Source: an uncultured Rhodospirillales bacterium
GTDB lineage: Bacteria; Pseudomonadota; Alphaproteobacteria; GCA-2731375
Length of the DNA stretch: 28,336 nt
Direction: 5' to 3'
Assembly: GCA_964627965.1 (NCBI GenBank)
Contig: CAZVLI010000001.1
Coordinates: forward strand, 1 to 28,336
A model generated the notes under the pieces. That model worked only from the letters and a program-made list of their open reading frames with translations, did no database searches and was not told the DNA's origin. The translations under genes and the position numbers were made by a program. Each line of letters starts with the position of its first letter. Position 1 is the stretch's first letter. Below, piece after piece: positions 16,614-25,673 of the stretch.

Positions 16614-18047
16614 GTGGTGCAACACATCGAGACATCGCACGCCGAGGCGTCGGCGCGGGACGATCGCCGTCGGTCACTGCCGACCGCGCTGACCGGCCTG
16701 TCGGCACGCCTGCTGGTGCTGACCATCGTGTTCGTGATGCTGAGCGAAGTGGCGATCTACGTGCCCTCTATCGCGCGCTTCCGCATGACCTACCTTGAGG
16801 AGAAGATCTCTTCCGCGCACCTGGCCTCGCTGGCGCTCAAGGCGGCGCCCGACTACATGGTCGACGAGGCGTTGAAGGCGGAACTGCTCGACAGCGCCGG
16901 TGTGCATGCCGTGGTGCTGAAGCTGCAGGACCGGCGGCTGATGCTGTTGCAGGGTGACATGCCGCCCAAGGTCGACGCGAATTTCGAGCTGCGCGGCATG
17001 ATGGCGACCGATATGATCGTCGACGCCTTCGGGACGCTCACCGGGCCGGAGCGGATGATCCGCGTGATTGGCCCGGTCGCGGGGCGGCCGGACGAGTCGA
17101 TCGAGCTGGTGATGGAGGAGGGCCCGCTGCGCCGGGCCATGGTCGACTACTCGATCAATATCCTCAGCCTGTCGATCGTGATCTCGCTGATCACCGCCGG
17201 GCTGGTCTATCTGTCGCTGCAGGCGCTCCTGGTGCGGCCGATGCGGCGCATCACCGGCGCCATGGTCACCTTCCGCAAGGCACCGGAAGCCGACGCCAGC
17301 GTGATCCAGCCGAGTGCCCGTGCCGACGAACTCGGCCTGGCGGAGGCCGAACTGGCGGCGATGCAGGAGGACCTGCGCGGCGCGCTGCGACAGAAGACCC
17401 GGCTGGCGGCGCTGGGTGCCGCGATGAGCAAGGTGAACCACGACCTGCGCAACATCCTGGCGACCGCGCAGCTCGTCTCCGAGCGTCTGGGGTCGAGCGC
17501 CGATCCGGAGGTGCGCCGCGTCACGCCGACCCTGCTGGCCAGCATCGACCGCGCCATCGACCTGTGCACGCAGACCCTGGCCTACGGGAAAGCCGAGGAA
17601 CCGGCGCCGCAACGCCGACGCTTCCGCCTGCGCGAGCTGGTCGAGGATGTTCGCCTGTCCGTGGGGCTGCCGACGGATGGTTCGATCGCCTGGGCCGACG
17701 ACGTGGCCGAGGATTTCGAGATCGAGGCCGACCGCGAGCAGATCTACCGCGTGCTGTTGAATCTGTGCCGCAACGCCGTGCAGGCGATGACCGAGGGTGG
17801 CGAGCTCACCGTCCGGGCGCAACGCGACAATGGGGCGGCGAAGATCGAGGTCCGCGATACCGGCCCCGGTCTGCCGGACAAGGCTCGCGCGCGTCTGTTC
17901 GAGCCTTTTCAGGGATCGGCGCGGGCCGGCGGTACCGGGCTCGGTCTGGCGATCGCGCGCGAGCTGGCCCGCGCGCACGGCGGCGACGTCAGCCTGATCC
18001 GGACCGGCGCGCACGGCAGCGCCTTCCGCATCGACCTGCCGCAGTAA
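16614..18047 (+). CDS. HAMP-domain sensor histidine kinase
   Basis: Two TM helices around an extracytoplasmic domain, HAMP (RADELG), H-box KVNHDLRNIL, NLCRNAVQA, DTGPG, GTGLGL; start codon uncertain. Confidence 0.88.
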   Translation: MVQHIETSHAEASARDDRRRSLPTALTGLSARLLVLTIVFVMLSEVAIYVPSIARFRMTYLEEKISSAHLASLALKAAPDYMVDEALKAELLDSAGVHAVVLKLQDRRLMLLQGDMPPKVDANFELRGMMATDMIVDAFGTLTGPERMIRVIGPVAGRPDESIELVMEEGPLRRAMVDYSINILSLSIVISLITAGLVYLSLQALLVRPMRRITGAMVTFRKAPEADASVIQPSARADELGLAEAELAAMQEDLRGALRQKTRLAALGAAMSKVNHDLRNILATAQLVSERLGSSADPEVRRVTPTLLASIDRAIDLCTQTLAYGKAEEPAPQRRRFRLRELVEDVRLSVGLPTDGSIAWADDVAEDFEIEADREQIYRVLLNLCRNAVQAMTEGGELTVRAQRDNGAAKIEVRDTGPGLPDKARARLFEPFQGSARAGGTGLGLAIARELARAHGGDVSLIRTGAHGSAFRIDLPQ

Positions 18048-18143
18048 CGTAATACGCGGTTGCACACCTACGATTAACTAATGCGTGGCACGTTGGTGCA
18101 GCGATGCCCGGCAGATTCACCGGGCCGCTCGCGAGTTGTGCCC

Positions 18144-19961
18144 ATGAACCAGCTATCGCAGCCCATTGTCGCCGACACCGCGCCGCGCCGCGCGACCGTT
18201 CTGGTCGACGAGGCGGCATCGCGGATGCTGGCGCGCGACGGCGATGCCGACATCGGCATGATCTTCGGACTGGCGGAGCCGTGTCATCGTGCGTTCCTGG
18301 AACACGCGGTGGCTTGGTGCGCCGAGACCGGGGAGGCGGCGCAACTCGGTGTGCGCCTGCGAAGCGGGGCCGGCGACTGGGTTGCGACCGCCATTACATT
18401 GTCCCGCGGCCCGGACGATGCAGTTCAGGTCTCGGTCCGGCTGGATGACGTTGCCGCGGCTCAGCGTCGCGAGGCGCAGATCCGCGAGATGATCGAGGGC
18501 GCGCGCCAGGCCGTCACGGTGATGGTTGGCGACAAGGCCGTCTACACCAACGGCGCGCTTGCGGCGATGCTCGGCTACCCGTCGCACGATGCGCTGCTGG
18601 CGACGGGCGGCAGGATCAATCACGTCCATCCCGACGATCGCGCGATGGTGCGCACCCGGGCAGAGGAGCGCGCCGCCGGCCATCATCCGCCGGAGAGCTA
18701 CGAGTTCCGCATGGTTCGCGCCGACGGCTCGGTGATCTGGGTCGAGAGCGCGGTCAACCAGATTTCCTGGCGCGGCCAGCCGGCGTCGATGGCCTGGCTT
18801 ATCGACGTCACCGAGCGTAAGCAGACCGAAGCGGCGCTGCGGCGGTCGGAGAAGCTGTTCGGCGCGGTGTTCCAGGCCTGTCCGGACCTGATGACGCTGA
18901 GCCGGATGGACGATGGCCGCATCGTCGACGTGAACCGCGCGTTCGTGCGTCATCTCGGCTACGAGCGCGACGTGGCGATCGGCCGGCTCGAGCGCGAGAT
19001 CGGGTTGTTCCTGGACTCGAACACGAACCAGCGGCTGCTCACCGGCATCAACGAGGACGGTGTGTCGCACGAGGTCGTGGCGCGGGTGCGTACGCGTGAT
19101 GGCGAGCACCTCGACCTGGCGATGACGTGCGAGCCGATCCGCATCGGCGATCGCGACCTTTTGCTCACCGTCGGCCGCGACGTGACCGAGCAACTCCGCT
19201 TCGAGGACGAGCTGCGCCGCAGCAAGGAGGAGGCGGTCTTCGCCAACCGGGCGAAGAGCGAATTCCTGGCCAACATGAGCCACGAATTGCGCACGCCGCT
19301 GAACGCCATCATCGGTTTCGCGGAGGTGTTGAGCGAGCAACTCTTCGGTCCGCTCGGCAACGAGCGCTACGTCGACTACGTCAGCGACATCCAGAATAGC
19401 GGCCGGCATCTGCTGCAGATCATCAACGACTTGCTGGACCTGTCGAAGCTGGAGGCCGGCAAGCAGGAACTCTACGAAACCGAGGTGTCGCTGCCGGAGC
19501 TGGCCGAGACCAGCTTGAGCCTGGTTCAGGAGCGGGCCCGGACCGGTGACGTCACCCTCGTCGCGGATTTGCCGCGCTCCTTGCCACCGGTGTTCGCGGA
19601 CGAGCGAATTCTGAAGCAGATCCTGATCAACCTGCTTTCGAACGCGGTGAAGTTCACGCCACCGGATGGCGAGATCGCCGTGCGGATGGAGCGCACCGCG
19701 CATGGCGGCTTGGCGATAGTGGTCGCCGATACCGGCATCGGCATGACGCCGGCGGAGATCGAGGTCGCGCTGTCGCCGTTCGGACAGGTCGACAGCTCGC
19801 TGGCGCGTCAGCACCAGGGTACGGGGCTCGGACTGCCATTGGTGCGGTCCCTGGCCGAGTTGCACGGCGGCACGCTGAGCCTGACCAGCGAACCCGGGTC
19901 CGGCACGGTCGCCACGGTGAGCCTTCCGGCGGAAAGGGTGCTGGACGATGCTGCAGGGTGA
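18144..19961 (+). CDS. Cytoplasmic multi-PAS histidine kinase
   Basis: PAS motifs (HVHPDDR..YEFRMVRADGSVIWV; second PAS at DLMTLSR), H-box FLANMSHELRTPLNAIIGF; no obvious TM. Start ATG 18144 or 18081. Confidence 0.9.
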   Translation: MNQLSQPIVADTAPRRATVLVDEAASRMLARDGDADIGMIFGLAEPCHRAFLEHAVAWCAETGEAAQLGVRLRSGAGDWVATAITLSRGPDDAVQVSVRLDDVAAAQRREAQIREMIEGARQAVTVMVGDKAVYTNGALAAMLGYPSHDALLATGGRINHVHPDDRAMVRTRAEERAAGHHPPESYEFRMVRADGSVIWVESAVNQISWRGQPASMAWLIDVTERKQTEAALRRSEKLFGAVFQACPDLMTLSRMDDGRIVDVNRAFVRHLGYERDVAIGRLEREIGLFLDSNTNQRLLTGINEDGVSHEVVARVRTRDGEHLDLAMTCEPIRIGDRDLLLTVGRDVTEQLRFEDELRRSKEEAVFANRAKSEFLANMSHELRTPLNAIIGFAEVLSEQLFGPLGNERYVDYVSDIQNSGRHLLQIINDLLDLSKLEAGKQELYETEVSLPELAETSLSLVQERARTGDVTLVADLPRSLPPVFADERILKQILINLLSNAVKFTPPDGEIAVRMERTAHGGLAIVVADTGIGMTPAEIEVALSPFGQVDSSLARQHQGTGLGLPLVRSLAELHGGTLSLTSEPGSGTVATVSLPAERVLDDAAG

Positions 19962-20172
19962 CTCTCTCCCGCGCCGGATAAAGCGCGCCGTAGCGCCCAT
20001 CTGCCTCGCGCTACTGCTCGGCGGCTGTGCCGCGGATGCGGTGCAGCTTACCGGGCTTTGGCAGCCGGAAGCGGCGGCGACGCCGGCCGCGCCCGCCGCG
20101 CCGCTCTACTGTTATCGCAACCTCGCCCGCGTGGATTGCTACACCGGGCCCGATCCGCAGCGACGGCACTAG
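19948..20172 (+). CDS. Small putative lipoprotein (74 aa)
   Basis: Basic n-region, hydrophobic h-region, lipobox LGGC (Cys codon 20026), Ala/Pro linker, YCYRNLARVDCY tail; fills the gap between two genes. Confidence 0.6.
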   Translation: MLQGDSLPRRIKRAVAPICLALLLGGCAADAVQLTGLWQPEAAATPAAPAAPLYCYRNLARVDCYTGPDPQRRH

Positions 20173-20187
20173 CACTTCCGCTATCAT

Positions 20188-20225
20188 GTCCTCCTGGCGG
20201 CCGCCTGGGCCGCGACAGGGAGGAT
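20188..20225 (+). promoter_or_regulatory. Leader hairpin sequestering the Shine-Dalgarno of the GlcG-like gene
   Basis: TCCTCC (20189-94) is complementary to GGAGGA (20219-24); inner stem GCGGCC/GGCCGC. Confidence 0.45.
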
Positions 20226-20229
20226 CGTC

Positions 20230-20625
20230 ATGCCGCTGACGCTGGCCGAAGCGAACAAGGTGATCGCTGGCGCGATCGCCAAGGCCGAAGAGCTCGATAT
20301 CAAGATCAACGTGTCGGTGTGCGACGTCGGCGGGCGGCCGATCGCCTTCGCGCGAATGGACGGCGCGATGTGGGCCGGCGCCTATGGCAGCCAGGGCAAG
20401 GCCGTCACGTCGGCCGCGTTCGGGCGTCCCAGCGGCATGTTCACCGAGCGCGCCGAACATCCGACCTTCCGTGGCATCGTCGCCGCCGAGGGCGACCACA
20501 TGTTCCTGGGCCAGGGCGCCGTGCCGATCTGGCGTGACGGCGAGTTGCTGGGCGCGGTCGGCGTCGGCGGCGGCACCGGCCAGCAGGACGAGGACTGCGC
20601 CCAGGCCGGCGTCGACGGGCTCTAG
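20230..20625 (+). CDS. GlcG/HbpS-family (heme-binding) protein
   Basis: VSVCDVGG..AFARMDGA, KAVTSA, QGAVPI..GELLGAVGVGGG...QDEDCA. Confidence 0.88.
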   Translation: MPLTLAEANKVIAGAIAKAEELDIKINVSVCDVGGRPIAFARMDGAMWAGAYGSQGKAVTSAAFGRPSGMFTERAEHPTFRGIVAAEGDHMFLGQGAVPIWRDGELLGAVGVGGGTGQQDEDCAQAGVDGL

Positions 20626-20628
20626 CCG

Positions 20629-21534
20629 GTGGCGGGCAACCCGCATCTTGCGCGCGACTTCGTCGGGTACGGCGGCCGGCCGCCGTACCCGAATTGGCCG
20701 AACGGCGCCAAGCTCGCCGTGAATTTCGTGCTGAACTACGAAGAGGGCTCGGAACCCTCGATCCCCGACGGCGACGCGGAGTCCGAGATCGGTTTGACCG
20801 AGGGTGGCGGCCCGGTGCCGGGGCGCGACCTCGGCGCGGAGTCGATGTTCGAGTATGGCAGCCGGGCCGGCTTCTGGCGCCTGGCGCGGCTGTTCGACGA
20901 GCGCGGCCTGCCCGCGACGATCTTCGGCTGCGCGCTGGCGCTACAGCGCAATCCGGCCGCGGCGGAAGAGATCCGCCGGCTCGGCTGGGACGTCTGCGCG
21001 CACGGCTGGCGCTGGGAGAAGCATCCGCTTCTCACCGAGGCGCAGGAGCGTGCCCGTATCGCCCGGACCGTGCCGGCGATCGCGAAATCCGTGGGCGAGC
21101 GGCCCTATGGCTGGTACTGCCGCTACGGGCCGAGCGTGCACACCCGCCGGCTGTTGGTCGAGGCGGGCGGATTTCTCTACGACTCGGACGCCTACAACGA
21201 CGACTTGCCGTACTGGCGCGAAGTTGCCGGCAAGCCGCACCTGATCGTGCCGTACACGCTCACCAACAACGACACCAAGTTCATGCGCGGTTCGGTGGCG
21301 CACGGCGACGACTTCTTCGCCTACCTGCGCGACGCCTTCGACGTGCTGCTGGCGGAAGGGCGCGCCGGCAGCCCGAAGATGATGTCAGTCGGCCTGCACC
21401 TGCGCATCGTCGGCCAGCCGGCACGGTCGGCCGGCGTTGCCCGGTTCCTGGACCATGTACTGGCGCATGACGACGTGTGGGTGACGCGGCGCGTCGACAT
21501 CGCGCGGCACTGGCACGAACACCACAGCCCGTGA
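20629..21534 (+). CDS. Polysaccharide-deacetylase-fold hydrolase, PuuE (allantoinase)-like
   Basis: RDFVGYG..P..WPNGAKLAVNFVLNYEEG, EYGSRAGFWRL, AHGWRW, YDSDAYNDDLPYW, MMSVGLHLR. True allantoinase activity is not established. Confidence 0.8.
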   Translation: MAGNPHLARDFVGYGGRPPYPNWPNGAKLAVNFVLNYEEGSEPSIPDGDAESEIGLTEGGGPVPGRDLGAESMFEYGSRAGFWRLARLFDERGLPATIFGCALALQRNPAAAEEIRRLGWDVCAHGWRWEKHPLLTEAQERARIARTVPAIAKSVGERPYGWYCRYGPSVHTRRLLVEAGGFLYDSDAYNDDLPYWREVAGKPHLIVPYTLTNNDTKFMRGSVAHGDDFFAYLRDAFDVLLAEGRAGSPKMMSVGLHLRIVGQPARSAGVARFLDHVLAHDDVWVTRRVDIARHWHEHHSP

Positions 21535-22262
21535 TCGTCCTGTTCACCGATTTCGGCCGCGACGGGCCTTACGTGGCCCAGATGCAGGCCGTCTGTGCCC
21601 GGTTGGCGCCGGATGTGCCGGTCATCGACCTGTTTGCCGACGCCCCGGCCTTCGAGCCGCAGCTCGCTGCCTATCTCCTGGCCGCGTATGTCGACGAGTA
21701 TCCGGCCGGGACGGCGTTCTGCTGCGTCGTCGATCCAGGGGTCGGTTCGGCGCGCCTGCCCGTCGTGCTTGAGGCGGACGGGCGCTGGTTTGTCGGTCCC
21801 GACAACGGCCTGCTCGGCGTCGTCGAAGCGCGCGCGGCAAAGGCCGCCGCCCACGAGATCACTTGGCGCCCCGAGCGCCTGTCGGCGAGCTTCCACGGCC
21901 GCGACCTGTTCGCGCCTGTGGCGGCCGGGCTGGCGCAAGGCAAGACACCGGACTGTCGGCCGCTGGACCGTTCGCTTCGGCCGGACGGCTGGCCGAACGA
22001 GCTGCCCCGCGCCGTCTACGTCGATCGTTACGGTAACGTCATGACGGGTCTGCGTGCCGCGACGGTCAGGTCGCTGGCTGTCGGCGGACGGACCTTGCCC
22101 CGCCTTCGCACCTTCGCCGACGCGGCGCCGGGGGCTGGCTTCTGGTATGAGAATGCCAACGGTTTGGCCGAGATCGCGGTCAATCGAGGCAGTGCCGCGG
22201 CGATGTTCGGCCTGAAGGCTGGCGACGTCGTCGGGGCGGAGACGGGCGAGGCGGAGGAATAG
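21531..22262 (+). CDS. SAM hydrolase (SAM:hydroxide adenosyltransferase, DUF62 family)
   Basis: TDFG, VVDPGVGSAR (Asp..Arg), PDNG, FHGRD (His), VDRYGN; GTGA overlap with the upstream stop. Confidence 0.88.
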   Translation: MIVLFTDFGRDGPYVAQMQAVCARLAPDVPVIDLFADAPAFEPQLAAYLLAAYVDEYPAGTAFCCVVDPGVGSARLPVVLEADGRWFVGPDNGLLGVVEARAAKAAAHEITWRPERLSASFHGRDLFAPVAAGLAQGKTPDCRPLDRSLRPDGWPNELPRAVYVDRYGNVMTGLRAATVRSLAVGGRTLPRLRTFADAAPGAGFWYENANGLAEIAVNRGSAAAMFGLKAGDVVGAETGEAEE

Positions 22263-22264
22263 CC

Positions 22265-23269
22265 ATGTCGCGGCCGGGACCGCGCAACCTGATCACCGAT
22301 GTCGACGGCGTCCTGGTCGGCCATGCCAGCGATCCGGCGAACCGCACCGGCACGACCGTGCTGCGTCCGGCCGAAGGGGCGTGGCTGGCGGCCGGGGATG
22401 TGCGCGGCGGCGCGCCGGGGACACGAGAGACCGAACTGCTGTCGCCGACCTGCCGGGTCGATCGTGTCGACGCGATCTGCCTGTCCGGCGGGTCCGCGTT
22501 TGGCCTCGCGGCGGCCGACGGCGCGATGGAATGGCTCGCGGTGCATGACAGGGGGCTGGAGGTGGCCGGCTGGCACGTGCCGATCGTCCCGGGCGCGATC
22601 ATCTTCGACCTTGTCGGGCGGTCGCCGACCCATCGCGTCGACTATCGCGCGCTCGGCTACGAGGCCTGCGGCAATGCGACGGCGGACTTCGAGCTCGGGA
22701 CGGTCGGTGGCGGTTTCGGTGCCCGCGCCGGCGCTTTGAAAGGCGGCATCGGCAGCGCGTCCCTGATCGAGGGCGAGTTGCAGGTGGGGGCCCTGGCGGT
22801 GGTGAACTGCGTTGGCTCGGTCCTGGTCACGGGCACCGATGCCTTCTGGGCCTGGCCGCTGGAGCGCGAGGGCGAGTTCGGCGGCCGCCAGCCGCCGCCC
22901 GGGTACCTCACCGACGTGGCCGAGCCGATGCAGGATTCCCGCGTCATCGCCCACACCACGGTGTGCTGCGTCGCGACCAACCAGGCGATGTCGAAGGCGG
23001 ATGCGCAACGCGTCGCGATCATGGCGCAGGACGGCCTGGCGCGGGCGATCCGCCCCGTGCACACGCCGTTCGATGGCGACACCGTCTTCGTTGTGAGCAC
23101 GGGCGACCTTGGCGGCGGCGAGTTGAGCCCCTGGGCCGTGTCGCGCGTCGGTGCGATCGCCGCCGATGTGCTGGCCCGAGCGGTGGCACGGGGCGTTTAC
23201 GCGGCCACCGATTCAGGCGACATTCCCAGCTACCGAACCCTTCACGGCGGCGATAACGCCGGCACTTGA
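22265..23269 (+). CDS. P1/S58-family (DmpA/NylC-like) Ntn hydrolase
   Basis: NLITDVDGVLVGH, GGAPGTRET, LSGGSAFGL, PIVPGAIIFDL, HTT, QDGLARAIRPVHTPFDGDTVF. Confidence 0.88.
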   Translation: MSRPGPRNLITDVDGVLVGHASDPANRTGTTVLRPAEGAWLAAGDVRGGAPGTRETELLSPTCRVDRVDAICLSGGSAFGLAAADGAMEWLAVHDRGLEVAGWHVPIVPGAIIFDLVGRSPTHRVDYRALGYEACGNATADFELGTVGGGFGARAGALKGGIGSASLIEGELQVGALAVVNCVGSVLVTGTDAFWAWPLEREGEFGGRQPPPGYLTDVAEPMQDSRVIAHTTVCCVATNQAMSKADAQRVAIMAQDGLARAIRPVHTPFDGDTVFVVSTGDLGGGELSPWAVSRVGAIAADVLARAVARGVYAATDSGDIPSYRTLHGGDNAGT

Positions 23270-23281
23270 GGAGCAGGACGC

Positions 23282-24754
23282 ATGAAACGCTTCGTGATGA
23301 CGCTGGCCGCCGCGGCGGTGGCCCTGCCGGCCACGGCGATGGCCAAGGACACGCTCACCCTGGCGATGACACTGGAGCCGGCTGGCCTGGACCCGACCAC
23401 GCGCGCGGAGGCGGCGATCGGCCAGATCGTGCTCTACAACGTCTTCGAGACGCTGACCAAGATCAACGAGGACGCCACGGTCAGCCCGGGCCTGGCCAAG
23501 AGCTGGACGCTCGCCGACGACGGTAAGACCTACACGTTCAAGCTGCACGGGGGCGTGACGTTCCACGACGGCACGGCGCTCGACAGCGGCGATGTGAAGT
23601 TCACCTTCGAGCGCAACGCGGCGGAGGACAGCGCCAACAAGCGCAAGAAGTACTTCACCAACATGGCGTCGATCGAGACGCCCGACGCGACCACCGTGGT
23701 GATCACGCTGAAGGAGCCGCGGCCGACTTTCCTGTTCAACATGGGCGAGGCCAACTCGGTGATCCTGGCGCCGGAGTCGGCCGGGACCAACGCCACCAAC
23801 CCGGTCGGTACCGGTCCGTTCAAGTTCGTGAAGTGGACCAAGGGCGACAGCGTGGTGCTGGAGAAGAACGCCGACTACCGCGACGCCGCCAACGTGAAGC
23901 TGACCAAGGTCACCTACAAGTTCATCAACGACGCCGCGGCGCAGGTGGCCGCGCTGGTTGCCGGCGATCTGGACTACATCCCGTTCTTCCGCGCCCCGGA
24001 GGCCCTGGGCCCGTTCAAGGACAACCCGGCCCTGGTGATCACCTCGGGCACGACCGAGGGTGAGACCATCCTCGGCATCAACAACAAGAAGGCGCCGCTG
24101 GATAACCTGAAGGTGCGGCAGGCGATCGCGCACGCCATCGACCGGCAGGAGATCATCGACGGCGCCATGTTCGGCATCGGCACGCCGATCGGCAGCCACT
24201 TCGCGCCGCATAACCCGGACTATGTCGACCTCACCGGCACCTATCCGTACGACCCAGAGAAGGCCAAGGCGTTGCTGGCCGAGGCCGGCGCGACGGGCGC
24301 CGAACTGGTGCTGCGGCTGCCGCCGGTCGGCTATGCCCGCAACGGCGGCCAGATCCTGGCGCAGCAGCTCGAGAAGGTCGGTCTGAAGATCAAGATCGAG
24401 AATGTCGAGTGGGCGCAGTGGTTGGACGTGGTCTACAAGCAGAAGAACTACGACCTGTCGATCGTCAGCCACGTGGAGCCGATGGACATCGGCATCTACG
24501 CCAACCCGGACTACTACTTCCAGTACGACAGCGCCGAGTTCCGCGACATCATGAACAAGGCGGACGGCTCGCTGGATCCTGCCGAGCGCTCCAAGTACCT
24601 GAAGATGGCGCAGAAGAAGCTGGCCGACGACGCGGTCAACGGCTTCCTGTTCCAGCTCGGCAAGACTACCGTGGCGGCGAAGGGACTGCAGGGCTACTGG
24701 AAGAACTCGCCCTACTTCCTGAACGACCTGGCCGCGATCTCCTGGGCCAACTGA
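23282..24754 (+). CDS. ABC transporter substrate-binding protein, family 5 (peptide/nickel type)
   Basis: Signal peptide ..ATAMA, LDPT, ETLTKI..PGLAKSW, FHDG, PVGTGPF, KVRQAIAHAIDR; strongly biased codon usage. Confidence 0.93.
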   Translation: MKRFVMTLAAAAVALPATAMAKDTLTLAMTLEPAGLDPTTRAEAAIGQIVLYNVFETLTKINEDATVSPGLAKSWTLADDGKTYTFKLHGGVTFHDGTALDSGDVKFTFERNAAEDSANKRKKYFTNMASIETPDATTVVITLKEPRPTFLFNMGEANSVILAPESAGTNATNPVGTGPFKFVKWTKGDSVVLEKNADYRDAANVKLTKVTYKFINDAAAQVAALVAGDLDYIPFFRAPEALGPFKDNPALVITSGTTEGETILGINNKKAPLDNLKVRQAIAHAIDRQEIIDGAMFGIGTPIGSHFAPHNPDYVDLTGTYPYDPEKAKALLAEAGATGAELVLRLPPVGYARNGGQILAQQLEKVGLKIKIENVEWAQWLDVVYKQKNYDLSIVSHVEPMDIGIYANPDYYFQYDSAEFRDIMNKADGSLDPAERSKYLKMAQKKLADDAVNGFLFQLGKTTVAAKGLQGYWKNSPYFLNDLAAISWAN

Positions 24755-24759
24755 GCGAG

Positions 24760-24790
24760 CGCGCCCGCCGTCGGTTCGGCGGCGGGCGCG
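24760..24790 (+). other. GC-rich 14-bp stem-loop without U-tract after the binding-protein gene
   Basis: CGCGCCCGCCGTCG-GTT-CGGCGGCGGGCGCG (one G-U pair). Confidence 0.6.
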
Positions 24791-24800
24791 GACACTGCGT

Positions 24801-25673
24801 ATGACCGTCCTGTGCATCGGCGCCATCAACGTCGACGAGATCCTGACGCTGGCGGCGCCGGCGCGGGCGGGAACCTCGAACCCGGCGACGCGGCGCGTGT
24901 CGCCGGGCGGCGTGGCCCGCAACGTGGCGGAGAATCTGGCCCGGCTCGGGGTGCCGACGACGCTGGCCGGTGTCGTCGGCGATGACCGGGAAGGTCATGA
25001 CATCGTGGAAGGCACGTCCGGCACCGGCGTGATCATGCAAGTCGACGTCCTGCCGGACTGCGATACCGGCCGCTACAGCGCGGTTGTCGAGCCCGATGGC
25101 AAGCTTGCACTTGGCGTGGCGGCGATGGCGATCCACGAGCGGATGACGCCGGACTGGCTCGCCGGCAAGGCGCGGCATGTCGACGGGGCCGACTGGGTGT
25201 TCGCTGACGCCAATCTTTCCGCCGACAGTCTGGCCTGGTTGCGCGAACGCGCGGCGCGGCTGGCGGTCGACGCGGTTTCGCTGGCCAAGGCGCCGAGGTT
25301 GCCGGCGCCTGTCGACTTGCTGCTGTGCAATCGCGACGAGGCGACGCTGCTGGCAGACGCTTCCGGCGACGCCGTCGCTTTGGCCGAGCGGTTGCGCGGG
25401 CGTGCGGAGGCCGTGGTCGTGAGCGATGGTGCCGGCGGTGTCGGCTGGGCCACGGCGGCGGCCAGTGGTGCCTTGCCGGCCCCGGCCGTGACCTGTCTGG
25501 ACGAGACCGGCGCGGGCGACGCGCTTGCCGCCGGGACGCTCTTCGGGCTCCAGAGCGGGCATGAACTGGCCCGCGCGTGTGCCTTCGGCGTGCGCGCGGC
25601 GGCGCTGACCGTCGCGGTCCAGGGGCCGTGCGCGCGACTTTCGCCGTCCATCCTCCGCGAGGAGGCCGCGTGA
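24801..25673 (+). CDS. psuK: PfkB-family kinase, probable pseudouridine kinase
   Basis: GTSNP, GGVARNVAENLARLG, DETGAGDAL; coupled to psuG by a GTGA overlap. Confidence 0.78.
   Translation: MTVLCIGAINVDEILTLAAPARAGTSNPATRRVSPGGVARNVAENLARLGVPTTLAGVVGDDREGHDIVEGTSGTGVIMQVDVLPDCDTGRYSAVVEPDGKLALGVAAMAIHERMTPDWLAGKARHVDGADWVFADANLSADSLAWLRERAARLAVDAVSLAKAPRLPAPVDLLLCNRDEATLLADASGDAVALAERLRGRAEAVVVSDGAGGVGWATAAASGALPAPAVTCLDETGAGDALAAGTLFGLQSGHELARACAFGVRAAALTVAVQGPCARLSPSILREEAA

Noticed and set aside
18086-18100. Sigma54 promoter TGGCACG..TGCA
   Set aside because: The GG-to-GC spacing is 9 nt; sigma54 requires 10.
21531-22262. Fluorinase/chlorinase
   Set aside because: It has the Asp-Arg-His arrangement (DPGVGSAR, FHGRD) of DUF62 hydroxide adenosyltransferases rather than the halogenase FY-type motif.
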